A DNA stretch of 64,000 nucleotides from Alphaproteobacteria bacterium UBA998 (GCA_002291925.1 DBAY01000030.1:2895-66894), one strand, 5' to 3'; positions 38,733 through 49,064 are shown, numbered from the stretch's first letter. Numbers and translations are program-made. The notes: generated by a model from the sequence alone, not told the origin.

Positions 38733-40337
38733 TTATTTCTGCGTGATTTCCTTCACCTTGCTCGCCAGCTGCTTCAGGGTGAAGGGCTTGGGCAGGAAGT
38801 TGAACTCGCGCTTGGTGCCGTAGGTGTCGATGAAGGCGTCCTCGGCGTAGCCGGAGATGAAGACAACCTTGATGTTTTTCATGCGCTCCGGGTATTTCTC
38901 ATAGAGCGTTTCAATCATGGTCGGGCCGTTCATGCCGGGCATGACCACGTCGGTGATAATGACCTCGATCTCCTGTGTGGCCTGCTCGAAGACTTCCACC
39001 GCCGTTTCGCCGCAATCGGCTTCCAAGATGTCATAGCCCTTGTTGCGGAGGGCTCGGGCGGCGAAGGAGCGCACGGGGGTCTCGTCTTCCACCAGCAGGA
39101 TGGTGGCGGCGCCGGTGAGGTCGGAGGGGGCGGCCTTTTCCTCGGCTTCCTCCTGCACCTTGGCGGCGACTTCTTTCTCGGACATACGGGGGAAGAAGAG
39201 GGTGAAGGTGGTGCCCTCATTCTCGCGGGATTTTACGTAAAGATAGCCGCCCGTCTGCTTGACGATGCCGTACACGGTGGACAGACCAAGTCCCGTGCCG
39301 TGGCCGACTTCCTTGGTGGAGAAGAACGGCTCGAAGATTTTTTCCATCAGGCTGCGCGGGATGCCGTGACCGGTGTCGATGATGTCCACCTGCACATACT
39401 CCCCCGCATCGATGACATCTTCCTGGGAAGGCGGAATCATCTCCGGGTCGAGGGAGTAGGCGCCGAGGATCTGCGCATTGCTAGAGCGGATGGTGAGGGA
39501 GCCGCCTTTTTTCATGGCATCGCGCGCGTTCACCGCGAGGTTGATGATAACCTGCTCCAACTGGCCCTGGTCGGCCTTGATGGTCCATACCTCGCGGCCA
39601 TGGATCATCTTCAGCTCGATGTTCTCGCCGATGAGACGGCGGATCAAGTTAGAGAGTTCTGCCAGAAGTTCGGTGAGATCGAGCGGCTTGGGCTGCAAGG
39701 TCTGTCGGCGCGAGAAGGCGAGCAGCTGCCGCACGAGATTGGCGGCGCGGTTGGCGTTCTGTTTGATCTGCATGATGTCCGCGAAGGACGGATCACCCGC
39801 CGGGTGACGCATCAGCAGCAGGTCGCAGAAGCCAATCATTGCGGTGAGCAGGTTGTTGAAGTCATGCGCCACGCCGCCGGCGAGCTGGCCGACGGCTTGC
39901 ATTTTCTGCGAATGGGCGAAGCGCATCTCGAGGTTTTTTTGCTCAGTAGTATCGATGAGGTGGGCGATAATGGCGGGCTCGCCATCTGGCCCGTGCGACA
40001 TATGGCTAAGGAACAGCGCCACGGTGATGGCGACGCCATCCGGCAGGGCGAATTCAAGCGCCACCGGATCCGCCGAGACTTCGCCCGCCAGCGTTTTTTG
40101 CAGTAGCCCTTTGAATTTATGGCGCGGCTCGGCATCCTGAATAAGGTCTGCCAGCTTGACTTCTTGCTCGTCGGAGAAACTGTTGCGCACCAACTCCTTG
40201 AAGGAGCGGTTGCTTTCCACGATCACGCCCTGGCCATTCAGGCGGGCGATGGCAATGGGCGAGCCTTCAATGAATTCAGTCAGGCGGGACGCATCGTCTT
40301 CCTGCGAATCACCGGTCTTTTTCTTGAGCCAAAGCAT
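38733..40337 (-). CDS. cckA: CckA-like hybrid histidine kinase (PAS-HisKA-HATPase-REC), no TM region
   Basis: QKMQAVGQLAGGVAHDFNNLLTAMIGFCDLLL (H-box), NLAVNARDAM (N-box), DTGHGI and GTGLGLSTVYGIV (G-boxes), and a C-terminal receiver ILLVEDE...IITDVVMPGMNG...ISGY. Lies upstream of recA. Confidence 0.8.
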   Translation of the reverse strand: MLWLKKKTGDSQEDDASRLTEFIEGSPIAIARLNGQGVIVESNRSFKELVRNSFSDEQEVKLADLIQDAEPRHKFKGLLQKTLAGEVSADPVALEFALPDGVAITVALFLSHMSHGPDGEPAIIAHLIDTTEQKNLEMRFAHSQKMQAVGQLAGGVAHDFNNLLTAMIGFCDLLLMRHPAGDPSFADIMQIKQNANRAANLVRQLLAFSRRQTLQPKPLDLTELLAELSNLIRRLIGENIELKMIHGREVWTIKADQGQLEQVIINLAVNARDAMKKGGSLTIRSSNAQILGAYSLDPEMIPPSQEDVIDAGEYVQVDIIDTGHGIPRSLMEKIFEPFFSTKEVGHGTGLGLSTVYGIVKQTGGYLYVKSRENEGTTFTLFFPRMSEKEVAAKVQEEAEEKAAPSDLTGAATILLVEDETPVRSFAARALRNKGYDILEADCGETAVEVFEQATQEIEVIITDVVMPGMNGPTMIETLYEKYPERMKNIKVVFISGYAEDAFIDTYGTKREFNFLPKPFTLKQLASKVKEITQK

Positions 40338-40366
40338 GATGGATACAGTAAGATATGCGCGTCAAT

Positions 40367-41338
40367 CTAGCCCATGCGCTGAACAAGGCCAACCGCTCCA
40401 ATAATCTTATTGTCTTCGATCACTGGATTCTGGAACACATTAACCCGGATAGCAGGCCCCTCACTTCCAATGAGGTCTAATGTACCATCAAATGTTTGTG
40501 GTTTCTGATTGGCAAAAAGGGCATCAGGGCGGGAAACAAGTTTGGCAATATGCGATGTATTCTGGATGTATTCTTCTGCCGTTCGGTAACCGAGCATTTG
40601 GGCAAACTCGGGATTACAGTAAGTAACATTTCCTGAATCATCCATCATGTAGGCTGAACTGGGAAGTGCATCCAACATAGCCTGGGAAGGAATGCCGGAC
40701 ACCATGGGCCCCATATTCACATCGCTGGCGTTGCGCATTTCTACATAAGGGCGCGCCTGTATCATAAAGAATCCCTTCGGTCTAGGTAGGGGGCTCATGT
40801 AAAGCATGTATTTGTCATACTTGCCCTCGCCACGAGCCACTTCCACCATAATCTGTTCAAAATCATAGTTTCGTATGGCGTTGAAAAAACGCTCCTTCGC
40901 GCGCGCATCCATCCGCAAATTCTCGGTTAGGTAATCGAGTACCTTGTCATCGATGGCGCGCACTTCCGGAAACATGTTCCTGAAGCCATGATCCACATAA
41001 ACAATACTGCCATTACGCTGCATGATGATGGTAAAATCCACTCGTAGGTTAAGCGCCGAAGTGAAAAGCGCGTTCTGGAATTCTACTTCCATGATAAGAT
41101 CAAGGCTTTTTTGTATACTGTAGAGTGCGTGAAGGATGAGTGTGCTCAGGGCTACGGTGAGCAGAATAACCAGAACAATATCCTTGTTATGGTAATTTCG
41201 TACAAAGATATATGTGACGAGAGCAATTAAAAGAAGAAAGTAGATGACGAAAGCCTTCAGCACCCCGCCGTGGCGCTTGCGGCGGATGAAATCAGCGGTG
41301 CCGGGATGTTGGTTTGAAAGATCGGAATATCGAAACAT
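40367..41338 (-). CDS. Membrane-anchored PAS-like sensor protein without an output domain (possible detached N-terminal module of CckA)
   Basis: Two TM helices (VLKAFVIYFLLLIALVTYIFV; IVLVILLTVALSTLILHALY) followed by PAS-like segments (SSAYMMDDSGNVTYCNPEFAQMLGY). It ends 29 nt before the kinase ORF. Noticeably lower GC than the flanks. Confidence 0.6.
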   Translation of the reverse strand: MFRYSDLSNQHPGTADFIRRKRHGGVLKAFVIYFLLLIALVTYIFVRNYHNKDIVLVILLTVALSTLILHALYSIQKSLDLIMEVEFQNALFTSALNLRVDFTIIMQRNGSIVYVDHGFRNMFPEVRAIDDKVLDYLTENLRMDARAKERFFNAIRNYDFEQIMVEVARGEGKYDKYMLYMSPLPRPKGFFMIQARPYVEMRNASDVNMGPMVSGIPSQAMLDALPSSAYMMDDSGNVTYCNPEFAQMLGYRTAEEYIQNTSHIAKLVSRPDALFANQKPQTFDGTLDLIGSEGPAIRVNVFQNPVIEDNKIIGAVGLVQRMG

Positions 41339-41359
41339 GGAAATTATCAGAGTAATTTT

Positions 41360-42316
41360 TTAATTTTCTATCGGCCCTTGCGGGTTCAGGCAGCCTGCAA
41401 ATGCAGCCCCCATTCTGAACAGCAAGGAAAGGTACAGATTACCATCAAGCGGTAAATCCTGCCCAAGAGGATCAATGGTAATTAGGGGCTTCCTGAATTT
41501 CTGCGCAATCATTTGGGCATCACGGCCCTTGCTTTCCGTATCGCGTACCAGACAGGAAGTTTCCGGTTTTGCCGCTTCCGCCAGAATAAACTCGCGCTTG
41601 GCGGGATCAGACTGATCAACCACACTATCGCCGATGGTGCCAGTCTGGCGCAGACCGAAGGCGCGGTTGTAATACTGGTACCCATCGTGCGATGAGAGGT
41701 ATCCCCGCCCTTCAGCGGCCATGAACTGCTGGCGCAGCTGGCCCACCGTATAACTAAGCTGCTGCTGAAACCGTTCGAGGTTGGCGTCCAACTCGGCCTG
41801 TCGATCCGGGAGGGCCTGCACCAGCTGGTCATGCACCTGCCGGGCGATGGCGAGGCCATTCTCCGGACTGAGCCAGATATGAAAATCGCGCGGATTCTCC
41901 TCCCCGGTCAGCTGCTGCGGGGTTTTCGGGGCGGTGCGCCAGTCGAAGTTCGGGTTGGCATTGAGAATCTGGCGGGAGAGAACAGTGACGCCCGGCGCTT
42001 TCGAGGCCTCTAGGACGGGGCGGCGACCGCCATAAGATTCCAGCGGACGGTCGAGGAATTGCTCGAACTGGCGGTCCACCATCAGGATGGCATCCGCCTG
42101 AGTAATTTTCAGAATATGTGAGGGACGCGATGGTGCATCATGCGGCGAGACGGCGGTATCCAGAATCAATGACACCTCGGCCGTATCCCCCGCCACGGCA
42201 CGCGCAATGCCGTAAAGCGGGCGGATAGAGGTCGCCAGCGTGTAAGCACCGGCCGACACCGAATGCAGGCTTCCCAGGCAGAAAAGTATCACGGCAGAAG
42301 CAAAGCGGATGGTCAT
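41360..42316 (-). CDS. ZnuA-like metal (Zn/Mn) ABC transporter substrate-binding protein
   Basis: Signal peptide, then cluster A-I metal-ligand contexts VSPHD, DFHIWLSP and SSHDGYQYY. No permease or ATPase genes lie adjacent. Confidence 0.8.
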   Translation of the reverse strand: MTIRFASAVILFCLGSLHSVSAGAYTLATSIRPLYGIARAVAGDTAEVSLILDTAVSPHDAPSRPSHILKITQADAILMVDRQFEQFLDRPLESYGGRRPVLEASKAPGVTVLSRQILNANPNFDWRTAPKTPQQLTGEENPRDFHIWLSPENGLAIARQVHDQLVQALPDRQAELDANLERFQQQLSYTVGQLRQQFMAAEGRGYLSSHDGYQYYNRAFGLRQTGTIGDSVVDQSDPAKREFILAEAAKPETSCLVRDTESKGRDAQMIAQKFRKPLITIDPLGQDLPLDGNLYLSLLFRMGAAFAGCLNPQGPIEN

Positions 42317-42421
42317 GAACTTACTGACATTTTTTCCTTTGCGTCAGGGGGATGGCCGTGCTCTATTGTGCAGCGCAACTTTCGCCCTATCTGGGATGAG
42401 TTATAGCGCTTAGAAAACACT

Positions 42422-42616
42422 ATGTCAGCAATGATGCGTTTTTTGCCGCTTATCCCGTGTCTGTTATTTGTTCCGATGCTTGCTGCCTGTGGACAGAGTG
42501 CATCAGAGCCTAAACATAACTGGTCGAATTACGAGCATTACGAAGATAACGACGCCGCCTACACCGCGCCGCAGGGGTTCGGGTTCTGTGCGGGTGAAAT
42601 GGCGATCTGCGAATAG
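42422..42616 (+). CDS. Small putative lipoprotein (64 aa)
   Basis: Signal peptide with lipobox-like PMLAAC. No recognisable family. Confidence 0.4.
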   Translation: MSAMMRFLPLIPCLLFVPMLAACGQSASEPKHNWSNYEHYEDNDAAYTAPQGFGFCAGEMAICE

Positions 42617-42619
42617 GCG

Positions 42620-44539
42620 TTAGGGCAGCAGCGCGGCCTTGGCTGTCAGCGGATCGCGGCCCTGCGAGAGCAATGCACGGTAGATCTGATAATTTTCCAG
42701 CACACGCTGCACATAATTCCGTGTTTCTGAAAACGGGATACGTTCTATCCAGTCAATATTGCGCTCCGGGTCATTGCTGAGCGACCCATAGCGCTGCTGC
42801 CATTTGACCGGCCGGCCCGGACCCGCGTTATACCCTGCGATGGCGGGAATTCTGGCGCCACCGAATTTATCGAGCAGGCTTTTCAGGTACAGGCTGCCGA
42901 TCGTGAAGTTGAAATCCTGTTCATAAAGCCGCTCCGGCGTGAAGCGGAGGTCATTGCGGGCCGCGACCAGTCGTCCGGTGGAGGGCAGCACCTGCATCAT
43001 GCCCCGCGCATCGGCGGCGCTGCGGGCCTTGGGATAGAACATGCTCTCCTGCCGCGCGATGGCATAGGCGAGGGCAGGCTCCACCGCGATCTGCGGCGGC
43101 GTCATGTCGAGCGGGAAGAGATAGTCCGGCAGGTAATAGCCCTTGTTGAGCGTTTCCTTGGCAGCGCGCACGCCATAATCGGCGCGGCCCGTCTTCCAGC
43201 CCGTATGCGCGGCAAACGCGGCCATCTTCGGTGTCTTGGCCGATTGCGCCAGATGCGTCAGGAACGGCAGGGCGAGGTTGTCTTTCTCCAGCCGGTTGAG
43301 GGACATCACTGCCTGCGCGAGGGAACTGCTCTTGTAGAGGCCCTGCCATTCGGCATCGGTCATGGTAGCGGCGGGCTGGGGCAGCACCAGCTTCTGCGTG
43401 CCGAAGAGTTCCTCAAAGGCTACTTGGCCGTAGAAGGTGGTGGGGTGCTGCGCGGCGCGTTGCAGCCATTCGCGCGCTTTCTTCGTATCCCCCGAGGCCT
43501 TGGCGGCACGCGCCACCCAGTAGGCCGCGCGCGATTTGCTGACCGGGAACTCCACTACATCATACATGCGCACGAAATCGCCCACGGCCGTGGCGGGCTG
43601 TTTCAGGTAAACCAGCTCGATCCACGCCTTCATCCAAAGCGCTTCGGAAAGTTCGATCTTGTCAGTTTGCCCGTGATGCCTGGCCAGTTCGAAGGCGCGT
43701 TTGATGTTGCCCTTGTCCAGCTCCTCGCGGATCACGTAGCGGCGGTACGGCCACCATTTGGCGGCGTAAGGGGGCTTTTTCGGAGCAATGAGGAGCAGCT
43801 GCGTGACGCCGTCATAGAACTCCCTGTCGAAGCGGTACTTCATGCGCTCGAACATCAGGCCAGGGTCGTTCTTCAGGCGCGGTGGCAGCTTCATCAGCAG
43901 CGCGTCGAAATTGCCCTTGCGTTTCATCAGCGCGACACGGGTCTGGAACATCGCCTGCTCGTCTGGCGGCAGACGCAGCAGCATGCGCGCGGCGGCGCCC
44001 ATCTGGCCTTCCCATAGCAACCGGTCCGTGCGCGCGACATGGTCAGCGGTGGTGAGGCTGCGCCCGTAATTCACCCGGAAGACGCGCTCATCCATCTCGC
44101 GGAAATCGGCGTGGATCCAAGCGCGGCGGATGGCCTCCGCCGAGGGATGCCCTTGCGTGCGCCGCTCTTCCACATAGAAGCGCCCACGCTCGGTTTTGGG
44201 GGGATGGGCGGCGAACCAGCCATCCATCGCTTGCGGGTTTGCTCCGCTGTTGAGCAGCGCCAGTTCGGCGCGGATGAGCAGTTTTTCGTGCTGCGGCCAG
44301 TCGGGGCGGCGCTTCAGGAACGCTTCGTACTCACGAAAATCGCTGACCTCGTCATTCTGCGTCAGCTCGTACCAGAGCGCGATGTCGCGCACGATGGGAT
44401 CGCGCACGCGGCCGATGATTTCCTCCACCCGCGACCATTGGCCACGCTCCACGAAGGTGAGGGCATCTGTCTCCGGCGAAGCCCAGACGGGAGAAGAAAA
44501 AAGCAACAGAAAGCCAAGGAGAAGCGCTAGAAATGGCAT
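42620..44539 (-). CDS. slt: Soluble lytic murein transglycosylase (Slt70-like)
   Basis: Signal peptide, a long superhelical N-domain and a C-terminal SLT domain AIARQESMFYPKARSAADARGMMQVLPSTG...AGYNAGPG. Confidence 0.9.
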   Translation of the reverse strand: MPFLALLLGFLLLFSSPVWASPETDALTFVERGQWSRVEEIIGRVRDPIVRDIALWYELTQNDEVSDFREYEAFLKRRPDWPQHEKLLIRAELALLNSGANPQAMDGWFAAHPPKTERGRFYVEERRTQGHPSAEAIRRAWIHADFREMDERVFRVNYGRSLTTADHVARTDRLLWEGQMGAAARMLLRLPPDEQAMFQTRVALMKRKGNFDALLMKLPPRLKNDPGLMFERMKYRFDREFYDGVTQLLLIAPKKPPYAAKWWPYRRYVIREELDKGNIKRAFELARHHGQTDKIELSEALWMKAWIELVYLKQPATAVGDFVRMYDVVEFPVSKSRAAYWVARAAKASGDTKKAREWLQRAAQHPTTFYGQVAFEELFGTQKLVLPQPAATMTDAEWQGLYKSSSLAQAVMSLNRLEKDNLALPFLTHLAQSAKTPKMAAFAAHTGWKTGRADYGVRAAKETLNKGYYLPDYLFPLDMTPPQIAVEPALAYAIARQESMFYPKARSAADARGMMQVLPSTGRLVAARNDLRFTPERLYEQDFNFTIGSLYLKSLLDKFGGARIPAIAGYNAGPGRPVKWQQRYGSLSNDPERNIDWIERIPFSETRNYVQRVLENYQIYRALLSQGRDPLTAKAALLP

Positions 44540-44597
44540 GTGCGGGAGAGCTATGATACAGACGATATCAATGAGTCATAACGTCCTGCCACGAGGG

Positions 44598-46097
44598 ATG
44601 CAAATGCTAACCGAATCGACCACGCTCACACTGCTCACGGCCGAGGCCATGCGCGCTACTGAACATGCCGCCATGGCGAATGGTATCTCTGGCCGCGAGA
44701 TGATGCAGCGGGCCGGCGAGGCGGTGGCAGAGGCGGTTATGCGCCTCTATGCGCCGACGCCGGTGCGCGTGCTCTGCGGGCCGGGTAATAATGGCGGTGA
44801 TGGTTTCGTGGCGGCCTCCGCCCTGCGTCAGGCGGGGTGGGAGGTGGAAGTGGGCTGCCTGCTGCCCATTACGGAACTGCGGGGCGATGCCCGCGCCGCT
44901 GCCGAGGAGTGGGGCGGCATCGTGCTGCCGCTGGAAGACATGCCCCTCGAACCCAACGCGTTGTATGTGGATTCGCTTTTTGGCACCGGCCTGACGCGCC
45001 CGCTGGAAGGTGTGGCGGCGCAGGTGATGGAGCAACTGGCGCAGATAAGCGCGACGGTGATTGCCGTGGATATCCTGAGCGGCGTCAATGCGGATAGCGG
45101 CGCGGTGGGTAATACGCTTCCCTATGCGGCCGCTACTATTACGTTTGCGGCGAAGAAGCCGGGGCATCTGCTGTTGCCGGGCACGCTGCATGCAGGCGAG
45201 GTGGCGTGCGTGGATATCGGGATCGGTGAGGCGGTGGAAACGGCGGGCGCGCAGGCGAAGCTGCTTGAGAACCGCGCGCCACTGTGGCTGCCGCTGTATC
45301 AATGGCCGAAGCCGACGGATCATAAATATACGCGCGGCTCCGTCGTGGTGTTAAGCGGCCGGCCGGAGATGACCGGGGCCAGCCGGCTCGCCGCCCGTGC
45401 CGCGCTGCGCGCCGGGGCAGGTGCGGTAACGCTCGCCTGCGACAGCGACGCCTGGAGAATCAATGCGGCGCACGTGACGTCGGTCATCGCGCGTGTGGTG
45501 GAAACACTGGAGGACTTCGCCGCCTTCATTGCCGACCACAAACACAAGGCGGTGGTCATCGGCCCCGGCGCGGGGCTGACGGATCGCACGCGGGCCTGCG
45601 TGATGGCGGCCCTGCAGGTTGGCAAGCCGGTGGTGCTGGATGCCGACGCGCTCACGGTCTTTGCCGATAATCCGCAGCCTTTGTTTGCGCAGGTGCGCGG
45701 CGAGGTGGTGATGACACCGCATAGCGGTGAGCTGGAGCGGATTTGCGGCACGCTGAATCTGGAGGCCGGGCTGCCGAAATGGGCACTGGCCCGTGAGGTC
45801 GCCAGCCGTAGCGGCATGGTCTCCGTGCTGAAAGGCTATGATACGGTCATCGCCGCGCCGGATGGCCGGGTGGCCATCAACAGCAACGGGACGCCCGTGC
45901 TGGCGACGGCGGGCAGCGGCGACGTGCTCGCGGGCATCATCGGCGCCATGTGCGCGCAAGGCATGCCCGCTTTCGAGGCTGCGTGCGCGGGTGTGTCGCT
46001 CCATGCGGAAGCGGGCCGCCGCTTCGGGCTTGGCGTGATTGCCGAGGACCTGCCGGAAATGCTGCCGGATCTGCTGAAGGAACTATTCCAGCTTTAG
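44598..46097 (+). CDS. nnr: Bifunctional NAD(P)H-hydrate repair enzyme Nnr (epimerase/dehydratase)
   Basis: YjeF_N motif VLCGPGNNGGDGFVAA and a C-terminal kinase-like domain KYTRGSVVVLSG...ATAGSGDVLAGIIGA. The start is ambiguous (44571, 44598 or 44604); the ORF-track start at 44196 overlaps slt and is too long. Confidence 0.85.
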   Translation: MQMLTESTTLTLLTAEAMRATEHAAMANGISGREMMQRAGEAVAEAVMRLYAPTPVRVLCGPGNNGGDGFVAASALRQAGWEVEVGCLLPITELRGDARAAAEEWGGIVLPLEDMPLEPNALYVDSLFGTGLTRPLEGVAAQVMEQLAQISATVIAVDILSGVNADSGAVGNTLPYAAATITFAAKKPGHLLLPGTLHAGEVACVDIGIGEAVETAGAQAKLLENRAPLWLPLYQWPKPTDHKYTRGSVVVLSGRPEMTGASRLAARAALRAGAGAVTLACDSDAWRINAAHVTSVIARVVETLEDFAAFIADHKHKAVVIGPGAGLTDRTRACVMAALQVGKPVVLDADALTVFADNPQPLFAQVRGEVVMTPHSGELERICGTLNLEAGLPKWALAREVASRSGMVSVLKGYDTVIAAPDGRVAINSNGTPVLATAGSGDVLAGIIGAMCAQGMPAFEAACAGVSLHAEAGRRFGLGVIAEDLPEMLPDLLKELFQL

Positions 46098-46104
46098 CCG
46101 CCAC

Positions 46105-46141
46105 CATAAAAGAGAACGGCGAGGGAAACTCCCTCGCCGTT
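46105..46141 (-). terminator. Rho-independent terminator after hppA
   Basis: Perfect 10-bp stem ACGGCGAGGG/CCCTCGCCGT with a 5-nt loop. A T-rich tail (TCTCTTTTATG) follows on the minus strand. Confidence 0.6.
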
Positions 46142-46163
46142 CCTGTCATCGTCGCAGTGGTAA

Positions 46164-48251
46164 TCAGTGCTCCAGCAAGGCGAGGAGCAGGATCGCCACG
46201 ATGTTGGCAATCTTGATCATCGGGTTGACGGCGGGACCGGCGGTGTCCTTGTAAGGGTCACCGACCGTGTCACCTGTCACGGCGGCCTTGTGGGCTTCGG
46301 AGCCCTTGCCGCCGTAATGCCCTTCCTCGATCAGCTTCTTCGCGTTATCCCATGCACCGCCACCGGAGGTCATGGAGATGGCCACGAAGAGGCCGGTGAT
46401 GATGATGCCAAGCAGCATGGCCCCCAGTGCGCCGAAGGCGGCGGCCTGTCCGGCAATCGCGTTCACGATGAAGTAGAGCGCCACCGGTACGGCCACGGGC
46501 AGGAGCGACGGAATGATCATCTCCTTGATGGCCGCCTTGGTGAGCATGTCCACGGCGCGGCCATATTCTGGCTTCGCCTTGCCTTCCATGATGCCGGGAA
46601 TTTCGCGGAACTGGCGACGCACCTCATGCACCACGGAACCCGCGGCGCGGCCCACGGCCATCATGCCCATCGCCCCGAACAGGTAGGGCAGCAGACCGCC
46701 GATGAACAGACCGACCACGATGTACGGATCGTTCAGTACGAAGCTGACCGGCACATCTGGGAAGTAATGCTTGAGGTCTTCCGTGTAGGCGGCGAACAGC
46801 ACCAGCGACGCCAGCGCGGCGGAGCCGATGGCGTAACCCTTGGTGACGGCCTTGGTGGTGTTGCCGACCGCGTCCAGCGCGTCGGTGGTGACGCGCACCT
46901 CCGGCGGCAATTCGGACATCTCGGCGATGCCACCGGCATTGTCGGTGACCGGGCCATAGGCATCGAGTGCCACAATCATCCCGGCCAAGGCCAGCATGGC
47001 AGTGGCAGCGATGGCGACGCCAAACAGCCCACACAATGTGTAGGAAAGGATGATGCCGATGGAGATCACGATGATTGGCAATGCGGTGGATTCCAGCGAC
47101 ACGGCCAGGCCTTGAATCACGTTGGTGCCGTGTCCGGTTTCCGAGGCCTTCGCCACGCTCTGCACCGGGCGGTACTTGGTGGAGGTGTAGTACTCGGTAA
47201 TCACCACCAGCGCACCAGTCACGCCGAAACCAGTGAGGGCACAGTAGAACGCATCCATGCCGGTGAAGGCGACACTGCCTGCGTTGAAAACGGAATTCAT
47301 CCCCAGCATCTTGCCGGTGAGCCAGTAGACAGCGCCCACCGATAGTGTGCCTGCGGCAATCAGGCCCTTATAGAGCGCGCGCATGATATGCGTATCACCC
47401 TTCCCCAGCTTCACGAAGAACGTGCCGATGATGGAGGTGAGAATGCACACCGCGCCGATGCCGAGCGGATAGTCGAGCATGGTGTCCTGCGTTTCGCCGG
47501 TGAAGAAGATGGCGGAAAGCAGCATGGTGGCAACCACGGTGACCACATAGGTCTCGAACAGGTCGGCCGCCATGCCGGCGCAGTCGCCCACGTTGTCGCC
47601 CACGTTGTCGGCGATCACGGCAGGGTTGCGGGGATCATCCTCGGGGATGCCGGCTTCCACCTTGCCCACGAGGTCGGCGCCGACGTCAGCGCCCTTGGTG
47701 AAGATGCCGCCGCCGAGGCGCGCGAAGATGGAGATGAGCGAGGCACCGAAGGAGAGGGCTACGAGGGCTTCCAGGATCGGGCGGGTTTCAATGCCGGTCG
47801 AGCGTAGATAATAATAGTAACCTGCGACGCCCAGCAGCGCGAGGCCAACCACCAGCAGGCCCGTCACCGCGCCAGCTTTGAAGGCGACGCCGAGCGCGCG
47901 CGGCATGCCAGAGCGCGCCGCCTGCGTGGTACGCACGTTGGCGCGCACGGAGATGTTCATGCCGATATACCCTGTGATACCCGAGAGCACCGCGCCAATG
48001 ACAAAACCCACGCCGACATGCCAGCCCAGCTTGATACTGAGCAGGATGCAGATCACCACGCCCACCAGGCCGATGGTCGTGTACTGACGGTTGAGGTAGG
48101 CTTTGGCGCCTTCCTGGATGGCGGAAGCGATTTCGATCATCCGCGCATTGCCGGGGTCGGCGGCGAGGATGGAGCGCCCGGCCAGCACGCCGTAAAGCAG
48201 TGCCGCGCCCGCGCAGGCGAAAATCAGGTATTGCAGGTCATTCAAGTCCAT
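46164..48251 (-). CDS. hppA: Membrane-bound proton-translocating pyrophosphatase
   Basis: 695 aa, polytopic. Motifs [39 protein letters not shown] and GGAWDNAKK. Confidence 0.97.
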   Translation of the reverse strand: MDLNDLQYLIFACAGAALLYGVLAGRSILAADPGNARMIEIASAIQEGAKAYLNRQYTTIGLVGVVICILLSIKLGWHVGVGFVIGAVLSGITGYIGMNISVRANVRTTQAARSGMPRALGVAFKAGAVTGLLVVGLALLGVAGYYYYLRSTGIETRPILEALVALSFGASLISIFARLGGGIFTKGADVGADLVGKVEAGIPEDDPRNPAVIADNVGDNVGDCAGMAADLFETYVVTVVATMLLSAIFFTGETQDTMLDYPLGIGAVCILTSIIGTFFVKLGKGDTHIMRALYKGLIAAGTLSVGAVYWLTGKMLGMNSVFNAGSVAFTGMDAFYCALTGFGVTGALVVITEYYTSTKYRPVQSVAKASETGHGTNVIQGLAVSLESTALPIIVISIGIILSYTLCGLFGVAIAATAMLALAGMIVALDAYGPVTDNAGGIAEMSELPPEVRVTTDALDAVGNTTKAVTKGYAIGSAALASLVLFAAYTEDLKHYFPDVPVSFVLNDPYIVVGLFIGGLLPYLFGAMGMMAVGRAAGSVVHEVRRQFREIPGIMEGKAKPEYGRAVDMLTKAAIKEMIIPSLLPVAVPVALYFIVNAIAGQAAAFGALGAMLLGIIITGLFVAISMTSGGGAWDNAKKLIEEGHYGGKGSEAHKAAVTGDTVGDPYKDTAGPAVNPMIKIANIVAILLLALLEH

Positions 48252-48413
48252 GAGTCCCTCTCGTCATGAGTGATTCCACACGGCAAGCGCGTGAAGCAGG
48301 AAAGTCATGGCAGAGCCCCGCTCATCCCGCAACCGCAATACGCATCAAGGGGATAAGCGAGGTATGTGATGTTGCACTGCAACGGGCAGGAAGGCCACAG
48401 TTATTGTGTCCAC

Positions 48414-48499
48414 GTCATCCTGCGCGCCGCAGGCGGCGCAGGATCTCCTTCGTATCGCGGGGAGATTCTGTGCTCTCGCTGCGCGAGCCACAGAATGAC
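48414..48499. repeat. Palindromic element family B between hppA and ppa
   Basis: gtcATCCTGCG...CGCAGGATctcc...ggggagATTCTGTG...CACAGAATgac. Confidence 0.85.
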
Positions 48500-48508
48500 G
48501 CCTTGCAT

Positions 48509-49051
48509 TCATGCGGCTTTCGCCGCCTGCTTGTTACGCTCGACGGCTTCTTCGATCATCCGCATGGCTACTTTGTAATCCTCCCAGCCGACAATCTTCA
48601 CCCATTTGTCCTTCTCGAGGTCTTTATAATGGCGGAAGAAGTGCTCCACCTGCTGGGTAAGGATTTCCGGCAGGTCGGTGTAGTTCTTCACGTCATTGAA
48701 GAACGGGTGCAGGCGGGAGGCGGGCACGGCGAGGATTTTCTCATCCAGCCCGGCATTATCCTCCATCACCAGCACGCCGATCGGGCGGGCGGCCACGACG
48801 CAGCCCGGCATCAGCGGGCGGCGGCCGACCACCATCACGTCCGCCGGGTCCCCGTCGCCGGAGAGGGTGTGCGGAATGAAGCCGTAATTGCACGGGTAGG
48901 TCATGGCGGTGTGGAGGAAGCGGTCGACGAAAATCGCGCCGGATTCCTTGTCCATTTCATACTTGATCGGCTCGGATCCCATCGGCACTTCGATGATGAC
49001 GTTGACGTCCTCAGGCGGGTTCTTGCCTACCGGAATCTTGGAGATGTCCAT
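48509..49051 (-). CDS. ppa: Soluble inorganic pyrophosphatase (family I)
   Basis: [44 protein letters not shown] and [12 protein letters not shown] motifs. The ORF-track entry extends spuriously upstream. Confidence 0.95.
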   Translation of the reverse strand: MDISKIPVGKNPPEDVNVIIEVPMGSEPIKYEMDKESGAIFVDRFLHTAMTYPCNYGFIPHTLSGDGDPADVMVVGRRPLMPGCVVAARPIGVLVMEDNAGLDEKILAVPASRLHPFFNDVKNYTDLPEILTQQVEHFFRHYKDLEKDKWVKIVGWEDYKVAMRMIEEAVERNKQAAKAA

Positions 49052-49064
49052 GGTGTAAACCTTA

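Noticed and set aside
43205-47345. Plus-strand ORFs opposite slt (43205..44017, 44039..44530), the 5' extension of nnr (44196..44597), and the ORF opposite hppA (46167..47345).
   Set aside because: Shadow ORFs. The nnr extension would overlap slt by more than 300 nt and lacks homology to the YjeF N-terminus, which begins near 44600.
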